Source: Takakia lepidozioides (lineage: Eukaryota; Plantae; Bryophyta). From it: a stretch of DNA of 64,000 nt. A program made the position numbers and the translations under genes. Location of the stretch: the NCBI GenBank assembly GCA_030704615.1, contig CM060733.1, forward strand, positions 21,266,001 to 21,330,000. The letters run 5' to 3'. Positions 12,701-23,716 of the stretch are shown here, in pieces (within the stretch, counting starts at the first letter, position 1; each line of letters begins with the position of its first letter). The notes under the pieces are model-generated. The model ran no database searches and was not told where the DNA came from. It saw only the letters and a program-made list of their open reading frames with translations.

Positions 12701-13708
12701 ACACCCTTTCAGATCTGAATATTTTGTTGATTTGATCTTTTTAACTGCCCCATGCTTAGTCTGTGTTGGCTAAATAGCCTTGACATTTTGTGCCAGGAAA
12801 TATGAAGAGGAGTCCACACAAATGGATGATTGTCCTCCATTTGCTGCTTGGCTGCCAAATGCTGTACGGGAACATCTATCTGGAATTCAAGAACATGTGC
12901 TTGAAGATGGCGTACGACAAGAATTACTGGATCTTTCAAGACCCCCATCATATTATGCCTCGACATACAAGAGTATGTCAGGATATGGCAACCATTACAG
13001 GTCTACATCCCCAGGCATGAACACATCGAGTATGGCATCCTTTGATTGTGGAGTCTCATCAGTTTTCAAGCATGAGACGGAATCTGTACGGTATGTGGGT
13101 CTTATCAGGGAGATTTTGCATATTGACTATGGCACTACACGGCCTGTAGTGTTTTTGTGCTCCTGGGTACGGGCCCAAAATGTGGGTCGTCAACCCAGAT
13201 CAATGAAGGAAGATGATTGTGGCTTCATGTTGGTCAATTTCAATCAAATGCTACCACCCTCTGAACAGCCTTTTGTATTGCCAGTATAGGTTAATTCATA
13301 TGATGGTGTATGAAAGCACTTGCATAGGATCAAGTCTTTTTCTCTGAGTGTGTGAAGGAACGACAATGGAAAGTTGTATTGGAGAAGAGCCCCCGATCAC
13401 GGAGAGTGGTGTGTGATATCTCAATTTCTATTGATGATCTGAGAAGAGTTGAAGGCTTATTAGCTCCACAACAACTACAAGAGACATTGACTACTGGCCG
13501 AACTCACAACCGAATTCAGACGATGTCACCAAAGCAGCTGGCCTCATTGTACCGACCCCCATACCGACGACACGAGGTACAACCCCCAGTTGACCAGCAG
13601 GTCTGTCATGAAGACACAGATACCTCCACCGACGTTGAGGCTATGGTCAGAGATGATGACACAAATACCTCCATATTCATAGACACGGATTCAGTCGATG
13701 GCAATTAG
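9728..13708 (+). pseudogene. CACTA/En-Spm TnpD-type transposase (transposase-associated domain, Transposase_21, DUF4218, DUF4216), about 4 exons
   Basis: Exon 1 has MLCNCTEC...VKKHYLKH. The main exon has HPADCKAW, RNVRFGLALDGVNP, NLPPWL, IHDYPAYG, DAMHCEKN, MKSHNYH, FPPSFFDVMTHL and RWMYPIER. Introns at ~12693-12797 and ~13290-13329. A CAG>TAG stop lies at 13287. Confidence 0.93.
10030..10285. repeat. cluster of short direct and inverted motifs (GTAGTCATG/CATGACTAC, CACATGTCG) in the first TnpD intron
   Basis: Repeated gtagtc(a/g)tg, (c)atgactac and cacatgtc motifs in both orientations. Confidence 0.5.
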
Positions 13709-15263
13709 ATATGCTACCCTTGTGCATGTATTACCTGTCATTCCAAATAAATGTACTCTTCTGTCCCCATGTAGTCACATTTTTTTGGGTACCAACTGTC
13801 AATGAACATTGATATTCAAATATGCTCACAATTTCCATGCTATAAGCTGTTGTGATCAAGCACTAGTGGATTGGCCACTAGTAGGGCCATTTATTCATAT
13901 CCAGATTGTAAAACATTGGCACCCAGAAGTTGGGAAGTGACCCAGTCTAGCACTTCACCATTCTACACTTCTAATATCTTCTAGTGTGCAACTATTAGCA
14001 CTGATTTCATCGCTGGCAACCTGCAGTAATATCCCTATATCGAAAAAAATCCCATACCCACATCATTGGGCCTTTGTCTAGCTTCAACTACAACAATATA
14101 TTGCCACATTTGGCATACATCTACGCCAGGGCAATATCCAGACTGATATTGGTACAATTCACGCTTTGATCCTGTCAATTCTTTGCCCCTTTGTAGAGTT
14201 GTAGACGGGGTGGCATGCATAGCAATATCCTGCAAACCTGGCCCTGTGCATCTTCACCCCTTCTACCACTCTAAATCGCTCGCATCTGCTGTCGCCATTG
14301 AGTGGTCAGATTGTTGAGAGACCTGTAAGACCATCCCAGTGGACAGTTGGCTTGCTCCCCACCCCCTCTCTAGCTTGCAATTGAATCATAATCTTATCTA
14401 GTTTTTTTCTCTCATCTCCAGGAAAATGACGCGCTATCACATTGCTGCACTGCAATTTTGCCAAAATCTTACAATGTCAGGCTATGGCTATCATCGTAGC
14501 CTCCACACCAATGTATGGATGTGTCCTTCATGAGCAACACTACCCCAAGTCTGCCTTCACCCTGCCCTAACCACAAAACGAAATTAAAGAATTCCAGTTA
14601 ATTGTGACCAACATGGGAGGTTTTTGGTGGTTCAAAGCTATTTCACGAGTAAAATACTTACACCACTTGGTTGTGGTGGAAGACCTGCAATTATACCATA
14701 TCGTACACATCACTTACTTGTGGTGGCAATCTTGCAATCCAATATCCACAAGCAGGCAGATTTATTTTGTCTTGACCAAGCTGTCATGGGCATATCAGGA
14801 AAAGCAAAGCATTAGAGAGGTGAGTTCAAACAGTCGTGCAATTAGTTTTCAGCCCACTGAGCTAGTAAGGAAGTGCCCAGTATACGACTTCTGTGTCACA
14901 CATTAGTGGAAAAATAAACCAACACCAACTTTCACATCCCTCATCCCATTAGAGCTTTGCCAACTTCACTGCCTCCCTGGAATCCCCCCCCCCCTGTGAA
15001 AAAGCAAGTATAAAGCAAATTCCCAGAGACATGTTTACCAGTGATATATGTCTCGCTGGTAGTCATTGAGAAACAAGGCTCTTAAGCTCCACAAACTCAA
15101 CATCAAATATGAGTGTTGAATTGGGGGGTATGACACACAACCCTGCAATCCAGCAACTTCTCACGGTTTAGAAAAGACTTTCAAAAATGAAGACTGGTCA
15201 TCTGACAAGTCATGACCAATCTGATGTCCTAACAGAGTGTGGGATTGCCTGATCTCCAGCCAT

Positions 15264-16314
15264 CTGATGTGCCCGGGCTCCCCGCAATTGAAACACACTC
15301 CATCAAAGGTCGCCTTCTGTCCGCCATAAGCCGCTCCACCCGCTTTTTCTTTCGAAGCTCCGGGTGCCGCCTTGACGTGTGAAGGCCCTCCCTTCGATTT
15401 CCACGTGCCATTTTCGCCGCGTGGCCTATCCCACTTCTTTTCCGGTCGGAAGGAGTCACCTTCCCGCCGAATCTTCTTGTGGTTCAGCTCCGTATGGCCT
15501 TGTCTTTCACCCCTAGGGACATCTGAGAAACATTCAGCCCTCTCAATAGCCTCGTTCAAAGTCTTGGGTGGCTTCTCCTCCAACTTCCGCCTGGCCCATG
15601 GGGCCAGTCCCGCCACAAAGTTGAAGACCATTTCTGGTTCTGCCATGTCCGCGACTTCGAGCAACAGCACATTGAAAGCCTGGACATACCCCCGAATGTC
15701 ATCTGTTTGCTTCAAATTCCTCATCTCGTCCCGGGCAAGCCAGGACGCGTTGAGGGGCACAAACTGTCTCTTCATCAATTCCTTGAACCCACTCCAGTTC
15801 AAGGTTTCCGGGCTTGGACCTCGGTCGTGAAGGCGTTTCTGCCACCATTGTTGAGCATAGCTCCTCAAATAGGTGGGAGCCACTTCCACCCGATCCTCGT
15901 CACTCAACTTGGCCGCCCGGAAGTAGTGCTCTAGCTCCAAGAGCCAGGTGTTGAGTGCCTTCCGATTTCGGACGTCCTCGAAGGTGCCGGGTTCCTTAGG
16001 CTTCACCTTAAACTTTGCCTTAGCGGAAGTGGCATTAGCCGCCTTCAACACGTCTTTCAACGTCCCGCCAAACTGCGCCAACAACCCTTCCCAAAAGGCT
16101 GCCGGCATGGGAGGCATCTCTTGGTTTGTCGAAGCTCTCAAGGATTCCTCGGGCTCCGACTCCTCGGATTCCTCTCGCTCTTGGGCGGCCTCGTTTTCGG
16201 AAACATGCATCGCTTCCTCAAACGGCCGCCTCGGTGACACGCCGCCCCATCGGGCTCACCGGGATCATCATCTTTTGGGCCGTTCCGCTTTCGCTTCGGC
16301 TTGCCCGACCCCAT
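15264..16314 (-). pseudogene. gag: Gypsy Gag, truncated inside the zinc knuckle
   Basis: Retrotrans_gag-like WLLELEHYF...YLRSYAQQWW, LKQTDDIRGYVQAF and FVAGL. The knuckle CFNCGEPGHI lacks its last Cys. ATG at 16314 with an early frameshift. Confidence 0.9.
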
Positions 16315-16355
16315 GATGAGGCCAATCCCAAGGACGATCGCGTACTGAACTCTAA

Positions 16356-16367
16356 GCTCTGATACCA
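16356..16367 (-). promoter_or_regulatory. primer-binding site complementary to initiator tRNA-Met
   Basis: TGGTATCAGAGC, 2 nt after the CA end of the 5' LTR. Confidence 0.92.
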
Positions 16368-16369
16368 AG

Positions 16370-16677
16370 TGTCGCGCACCTCACTTCGGTAAGCTCCCCT
16401 TCAAGTCATAGTTACTCGCTTTGATGCGCGCCCCCATGGTGAGTCCTATGCCACCCCCACTAAGTCCCGCTAAGCTACCACCACCCCTTGTGGAGCCACC
16501 CCCACCGCAACCCGGTGTGCGGGGCCCCACCTAGTGAGCGCCTCCGCCTCCTTGAGTGCCTTGAGCACTCAAGGGTGCTTCAGCCCCCCCCCATACCTAT
16601 CGCTGCCGCTGCCCCCACCACAGGGGCAGCCCCTCATGTGTCCCGACCCCCTGCCCTCAAGGCAAAGGGCCGCGACA
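16370..16677 (-). repeat. 5' LTR (308 bp, internally deleted)
   Basis: Matches 2645-~2897 joined to ~3318-3378. Preceded on the minus strand by CAAAC (16678-16682). Confidence 0.92.
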
Positions 16678-19600
16678 GTTTGGGTCTATTGTAGCAAGTA
16701 GGTTGACTTCTGGTGGGAGACGTAGCAGGGGGTGAGAGGGGCAAGGGGCGTTTTGTTGTGTGAGGATGAGGATGGTGGAAGTGGAAGGGGATGAGTGCGC
16801 TGGTAATTTTGCCCATTTAAGAGCTTCGTGTGTGTGACGGGGGGGGGGGGGGGGGGGGGCAAAGCCCCGGCCTATCCAGGTGTGGTGGGTAGCGTTGCCT
16901 ATGGCTCCAAAGACACAGTCTCGGTGGTGTGGACTGGAAAGTATAAGGAGGTCCATAGGGCATGTCAGTGGGCTTGAGTAGTATGAATGAGTGAGCTGGA
17001 ATGTGCTGATAAGTAAGGTGAGAATATCTTGGTGCAGGACTTGGTGCGCGCATGCTGCTCCTAGTTTGGTGAGGGATCTTGGTTTCTTGGGGGGTTGTCT
17101 TTAAGGTAGTGGTCAACTAGCCAATATAGCTCGGTAGCAAAGTCTTGTTTCGGGGGTTGAAGAGTTGTCGGGTGTGTGTTTATGGAGGAGTATCTTTCCC
17201 AGAGCCATTTTAGCCTATTGTTAGGGATGAGTCCAATGAAGCGGCCATGTTGGGCGTAGATATTGGAAAGGCGAGGGCCCATATGGATGAATGGGTGATC
17301 ATGTTTGATATCTTTGTCCGGGTTACATTCAGTTATATGGATGTGCACATTAGGGGCATCAATTGGCTTGTGGATATATCGGTTGTTTATAGGTTGGGTG
17401 GGGGTAGTGTGTTGTTGATGGATGTGTGCTAAGTAGTCGGTGTTTGACCGTTTATGAAAGGTGGTGAGAAGGGCAAGGTTATGGTCGGGATCACACTCGT
17501 CGTGTAGTCCAAACAGATCATCCTCGGTCTGCCATGTGTTGTCGTCTGAGGAGTAGCCAGCCCATTTGCATGTATCAACGGAGGTGGCACCAAAGACGTC
17601 AATTGATGTTTGGGTCTTAATTCCCAGTATAGCTTCAATGACGTAGGCATCAGGGTTATCGGAGTTGTGTGGGGGGGGGGGTGTTACTACGGGAGTAGTT
17701 TGAGGGTGGGTAGAGGTGTCTGGCAGATTAGGTACTTGACTTGGGGTTTGAAGTGGGTCGTTGCTAGGTTCATCATGTTGTGGGGTAAATGGCTGAGAGG
17801 GAGGGTTGGATTTGGTGGAATATGTTGTTCTGAGTGTGTGGTAGATGGAGGCGGCTGGAGTAGATCGGTACTGAGGGAGTAGGTCCTGAACCGTATGGGG
17901 GTGGTAAAGACATGGAAGGTCACATTGGAGAGTACAGGCTGTTGACGGGTGACAGAAGAGGGTATGGAGGTGGTGTAAGTAATGGATGGTTTTGGACGTG
18001 GCTCGGGAGAATTTAAGGTTGAATTCACTTGGTTTTAAAAAGTCGGTGGCCTGTGGTAGTGGTAAGTTGGGTAACGGTGGTGATGCAGCGCTCTTTCAAG
18101 TAAGTGAGGATAGGGATTTTTGCTTTGGGTGGGAGATGTTGAACTGTGATAGGAAAGGGCTGGTAAGCCAAGCCTGTTCTAGTGGTGATGAGGTGTTAGG
18201 GTAGTTTGGCAAGTCGTTCTGTATGCTAATTTTCATTTGACGTAGGATTAGGAGTGTGCGCGCAGTAGGAGAGTGGAGGCATGCTTGTGAATGTAGCGAT
18301 GATAGCGAATATAGGCCATTGTATCTGAGGGCAAGGAATTTAAGGAGACCCTGGTAGATGATACCAAGCCGTCCTGGGTCGTTTAGTGCTTCTTTGAGTT
18401 GTGTACCCAATATACGAGCATATGAAATAATAAGTGGGCTAGAGCCTACTCCGTAATGGTCAGTTGGGAGTTGTGTGAGGGCATTAGGGGTACTAGTTGG
18501 TAAGCCACATACACGTTTAGTGAGCTGAATAATGGTTTTATCCAGTTTTTTGGTGTCGGGTAGGGAGAAGGGCGCGGCATGGAATGAGTATTGGATTTGG
18601 GTTTGCAGTACTGATTTAATGATTGATAGCTTGGGCCGAATGGCAATGGGGGATTTGAGAAGGGATAGGCTTTTATTAGCGAGTTTGGATGAGGTCGATT
18701 CTTTTTGGATGTGCCAGGTGAGGGAGGGAACTAATCGGATGCCTAGATAAGTGTAGGGTTCATCGGGTCCCAAAAAGGGGAAGGGCATGTTTTGGTAGTG
18801 TACATAGAGTTTACAGTGCAAGGCAATAACATCTTTAGAGAGCCGGTTGTGATATGTTGCGGCTGTAATAGCGCACTTCTGCAAGCTGAGTTCCATGCCT
18901 GACCATTGATTGAATCGGGATAATTTGCTGACCTGTCGGTTTAAGTGTTGTGGTTTATGTGCGAGTATGGCGAGATTGTCTGCATACGCTGCAGCTGAGA
19001 TGTCACTGGGGGAGGTCTTGTATTGGTATCCAAGCTTACCGCGGGCTAGCCATCTGAGTAGGGGTTGCAAGAAGATAATAAATAGATAGGGGCTTAAGGT
19101 GTCTCCTTGTATGGTACCCCGGCGAATGGGGATGGGTGGGGTGGAGCCATAGTATGTACCGAAGTATTCAGTTGTACTGTTTGTGTAGATGTTTCCTATA
19201 AGTTGGACAGCATCGGCGGGGTATCCGAGGTCAAGCATGATAGCGAGTAATCTAGCATGGTCTAGGGAACTAAAGGCATTTTTAAAGTCAATGTATAGAA
19301 GATATATGTCTTGTTTTGTAAGTTTAGCGTCTTCGAGGGCGAATATGACATATTGTATTTGTCGTGTGGTACTGCGTGTAGCGCGGAAACCTTCTTGAGG
19401 GTCGCTGAGAATTTGATGTTGTTCTCCATAACTTGAGAGCATTGTGGTGAGCGTACTGGTAAATAACTTATATATAGTGTTGGCTAGTGCAATAGGTCTA
19501 TAGTTGCTTAGGTCCGTAGGGTCACCTTTTTTAAAGAGCAAGATGGTGCAGCTATGTTTCCAGGAGTGTGGAATTTGTTGTAGTTTGTAGCATAGCTTAA

Positions 19601-22600
19601 AGAACTTGAAGATAAGATGGTGGAGTTGGGGGTCCAATGCTTGAAGTATGACGTTTGGGATGAGATCGGGACCTGGGGCTTTAGACTTAGATAGTTTTTT
19701 AAGGCATGATTTGTTAAGGTCGAGTGTGAATAGGTCGAGAATACGGTCTGTTGGGGATCCTCTGTTGTCTCAGGAAAAGCCGTCTATATCATGCCATGGG
19801 TAGTGTCTAGCTTTGCACATGCAATTGTCATTGTGGAGATTGTGATGTAGGCAGTTCGTAACGGTGGGTGTGTATGCGGAGGATGTTTGTGACCATATTT
19901 TATGGTTAATGTCCGTAGGGTTGGTGAGCAAGTGGCCGTGTCGGTATTTGATACAGTCAATGGGCGGGTTTAGGGCCGGGTTAAAGATGGCTTTGTGCGC
20001 TTTTTTGGGATTGTCATGCAGTAATTGATTGAAGGAGGAAACAAATTTTTTGTGACTGTCGGCAGCTTTTTGTTTGGTGATATTGTAAGCTTCTTTTTTA
20101 GCATCTCTTCCAATTTTGGAGAGAGTAGCGATCCAGTCCAAAATACTATGAGGGTTATCAGGTGGGGGCATGAGTGCTTGGCATGTTGTTAAGGTATTTA
20201 GGCTTAGGATGCAAGGTCAGTTTTCCAGTTATTTCTTGGGTGTATGTGGGAAGTAGTGGGTATGATAGCAAGGCCGCGTCTAATTGTGTGATATGTGTTA
20301 AGATGCTGTTTCCAGGCACGTTTTTGTATACGAGTAAGGTAGCCCCCATTTTGTTTTGAGCGTGTAGTTTGTGGAATCTATTTGGGGCCGGAGCAGGTGA
20401 GGATGACGTTTTTGGTCATTTCTTCCATTAAAGTTCTGAGTGTTTTTTCGGAGGCCAGCCAGGTTTAGAGGAATGCCTCAGGTTATCCTCTGTGAGTATG
20501 TCTGATAATTGAAGTGTTAGATGTGTGGATATGGGATGGAAGTGTGTCAGAAAGGCGGATATGTTACGTTGGGGGAGTGGAGATAAGATTCTAGATTGAG
20601 CGGGGGGGACTTGTACTTGTGGAATGGGTCTGAAGGGGATGAGGGACGGTGGAAAGGCTATAGTGACAGGATAATGGTCCGAGTTGCATAAGCTGTTAAT
20701 TTGAACATGGCTGGTAAGGTATGCAGGAATCTCATTATGTGTTTTGAGGTAAAAACCGTCCAGGAGGCTTAAGGATGAGTAGTTGAGTCCCCCTTGCCGA
20801 GAATAGTGATGGTCAGCTGGTATGTATCGAAGATGATGTGATTGGGTGAATTGTGCCCATTCTTGGTCTATTGCGGAGGGGGTTTATGTGTGCCGTTATG
20901 TGTGTGGCCCTGCAGGGCAATGTCCCTATTGAAGTCACCTGCTAGAATGTAGTGTTGGGTGTGGCTTGAAGGTTGGGTCAGTGTGTTGGAAATGATAAGT
21001 AAGATATCAGGGAGCAGAGGTAGATCATCAGTGTGTGAGGGCATATATAAATGGATGAGGGTAATGGGAGAGAGTGCGGGTAAGTGTATTTTGATGATTT
21101 GGAGATGTGAGCGGAGGGGGAGAGCAATGGGTATTTTGACCGTGGTGCTTGGGGAGTGATGCGTGCAGAGGATGCCGAAAGCGACACCACCACGGGTGGG
21201 ATGATATGGCGCGGAGCGTCTAGTAAGGCATTGTGGGGCTGTGAATGAATTGCCATATAGCATATAGTAGGCAGATAGGAGTTTATTGATATAAGAGCTA
21301 TTGGGGTTGTGTGTATTTAGTTTTGTTTCTTGTAGGAGAATGATGTGTGGGGCTGCAGATTCTGTGAGATGGATTAGGCTCTGAATACTGGTGGCTAGTG
21401 ATCCTACATTCCAGGTTGTTATGTTGAGTGAATGCGCATGTTGAGAGGGAGGGGTATGTGGGGGGCTAAGGGACGTAGGGGGTCCGGAGGGTGTGCATGG
21501 CAGGGGAGTAGGTGAAGGTGGCTTGGGCGTAGGTTGATAGCCAGGGATGCTTGTATTGGCTTGAAGGGTTGCGGTGAGGATGTTTTTAGAGAGAAATGGG
21601 AATTTGGTAGAGATAGTGTTGACTGCTTGCGGGGTGTCGGTAATGTGTTCCAGATGTGCACCCAGTATTTGATGAACATCTCCTGGTTTAGTTTGTAGTA
21701 GGTGGAGGGATTCTTGAAGGTTATATAAATAGTGTGGTGGTGCTAGGTATTCATGGGGCTGTGCAGGTAGTTTTTGCAGTTGTTGTAGGAGCAAGCGTAC
21801 ATGCGTGTCTAGGTGGGTCTCAAAATAGTCATTGCATATAGAGGGGATCGGGGATACGGTGATGATTAGCGAGAAGAGGATATGTTGCATAGGGTATGCA
21901 TGGAGTTTATGGGTGACTTTCACTAGTGATGGGTTGTGGCAGGCTGATATACCGAAGGTGGCTATTGGGTAGGTAGGTTTCCGGTTATTGGTGGGTGGGT
22001 TAAGAAAGAAGGGAAAGAAGTGTGTGCTGAGGTGCTGGTATGAGGGGGTGAGTGAGACTGTTTCTGGTTGGAAGTATAAGTTATATCTTTTTTGGTGATC
22101 TTTGGGAAGTTTGTTTATGATACTGGCGATGGTAGAGGGGCCTGGATTGGGGTGTATGTCACCACAACGGAGGAGTGTAAGCATTTCACATGCCCGTTTG
22201 TATTTTGTAAAATGGGATGGTGGGTGATGGAGGGAATGCTTGGATGGAGGGGGTTGGTGGTGGTACCGTCCATGTGGGCAGTGGGTTATGAGGTAGATAA
22301 CAGGGGGTTGGGGGGTGTATGGGATGTGGGTGTTATAATGATGTGTAGTGGTGTCATAGTGAGTGCGGGTGGAGCTGGTGGTTTGGGCGTGTATGGGGGA
22401 TTTTATGATGTGGAAATGTGTGTGTAGACAAGCCAGGTGGTCTAGGAAATGGATAGGTAAGGAAGTATGTTTTAGATAGGGGGAGGGGGGGTAGGTGAGG
22501 TGGTCGTGTAGGTGGGTGGGTTTAGTTACAGGCGTGAGTGGAGTGATATCTAGCCGGGTAGAATGACGACTATGGGTCGCGATGTTGTGATTGGGAGGAT

Positions 22601-23200
22601 TTGGGTTGGAGGAGGACATGTGATATTGTCGTTTTTTCACTTGGCAATGTTGTGTTGAATGATTATGTGGGGTAGTAAGTGGGCTAATGAGGGTTGTGTT
22701 GTTGTAAACGGAGTACTGCGGGACGCGAGGATTGAACGGGGGAGTTTGAGTGTAGGGTGTATTGGCGTAACAATACGTTAGAAGGTAAGTCATACTAGGG
22801 CCTTTAGTGTGGGAAAGGGATATATTTAATAGTGGCGATGGGCTGGGGTTGGGGATTAAGTGAAGGGGTTGGATGATAAAATGTATGGGTTTGGGGGGTA
22901 TATATATAAATGAGGCTACAAGGTGATTGGACGAGGTACATGACTGGATGGTCTCGGGCATGGACGTGGATGAGGAAACTAGTGGATGAATGAAGTGGCG
23001 GTTAGGCATTACAAGAGTTCGTGCGATGGGAGGTTTGATATTGAGTGGGGGTACGTTTGATATTGAGTGGGGGTACGTGGCGTGTTTGGGTTACAGTGGG
23101 GGCAATTGGTGATGGGGTGTGGTTGATAGAAGATGGATGATATGCCTCCGAAGGGAGGTGAGTAACGTAATGACAACAATAGATTTTGTAATAATCATTG
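16678..23200 (-). mobile_element. Dualen/RandI-like LINE, 5' half (2A-like peptide, APE, RT, chromodomain, MTase-like domain), degenerate
   Basis: APE motifs TWNVGSL, LLQETK, AGDFN, SDHYPV (~20660-21430). RT motifs KAPGPD, NYRPIAL, QEGFR, YIDFKNAF, GTIQGDTLSP, YADN, YTYLG (~18700-19700). The 5' boundary is approximate. Confidence 0.9.
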
Positions 23201-23218
23201 TATGAAAACATAGAGTAA

Positions 23219-23340
23219 AGATCATGGTGCAGAATTGTTTGCAGATCCTGGTGTAAAATCATGGTGTAAAAATCATGGTGTAAAATCATGGTGTAAAGAT
23301 CATGGTGTAAAATCATGGTGTAAAGATCATGGTGTAGAGT
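23219..23340. repeat. 13-14 bp minisatellite (ATCATGGTGTAAA[A/G])
   Basis: About 8 tandem copies visible. Confidence 0.85.
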
Positions 23341-23412
23341 TGTTGGCAACATAGAGAACCAGTGTATCCGAGTAGCTTGTGGAAAATAGAGTGGGTAGCA
23401 ATAAAATGAGGT

Positions 23413-23716
23413 ATCATTTTCCCAAGATATCATTTCTCCAAGGTAACATTTTCTCCAGATATTTTCTCAAGGTAACATTTTCCCAAGGTAACAATTCCCG
23501 ATGTTAACATTTTCCCAAGGTAACATTTTCCCAAGGTAGCATTTTCCCAAGGGAGCCAGTAGTTCCGAGTATCTTGTAAAGAAGAGTGGGAACGTACTGA
23601 GTGGCAATCGTTCGAGTTAGAGTGGTACAGTGAGGTAGCATTTTCCCAAGGGAACCAGTAGCTCCAAAAATCTTGTAAAAGAAAGTGAGAATGTACTGAG
23701 TGGCAATCGTTCGAGA
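23413..23716. repeat. ~16 bp minisatellite (AACATTTTCCCAAGGT) plus a ~100 bp duplication
   Basis: About 8 degenerate copies at 23413-23552. The block GGTAGCATTTTCCCAAGGG...GGCAATCGTTCGAG occurs twice. Confidence 0.8.

Noticed and set aside
13750-15260. gene or CACTA terminus downstream of TnpD
   Set aside because: No convincing TIR and no recognisable reading frame.
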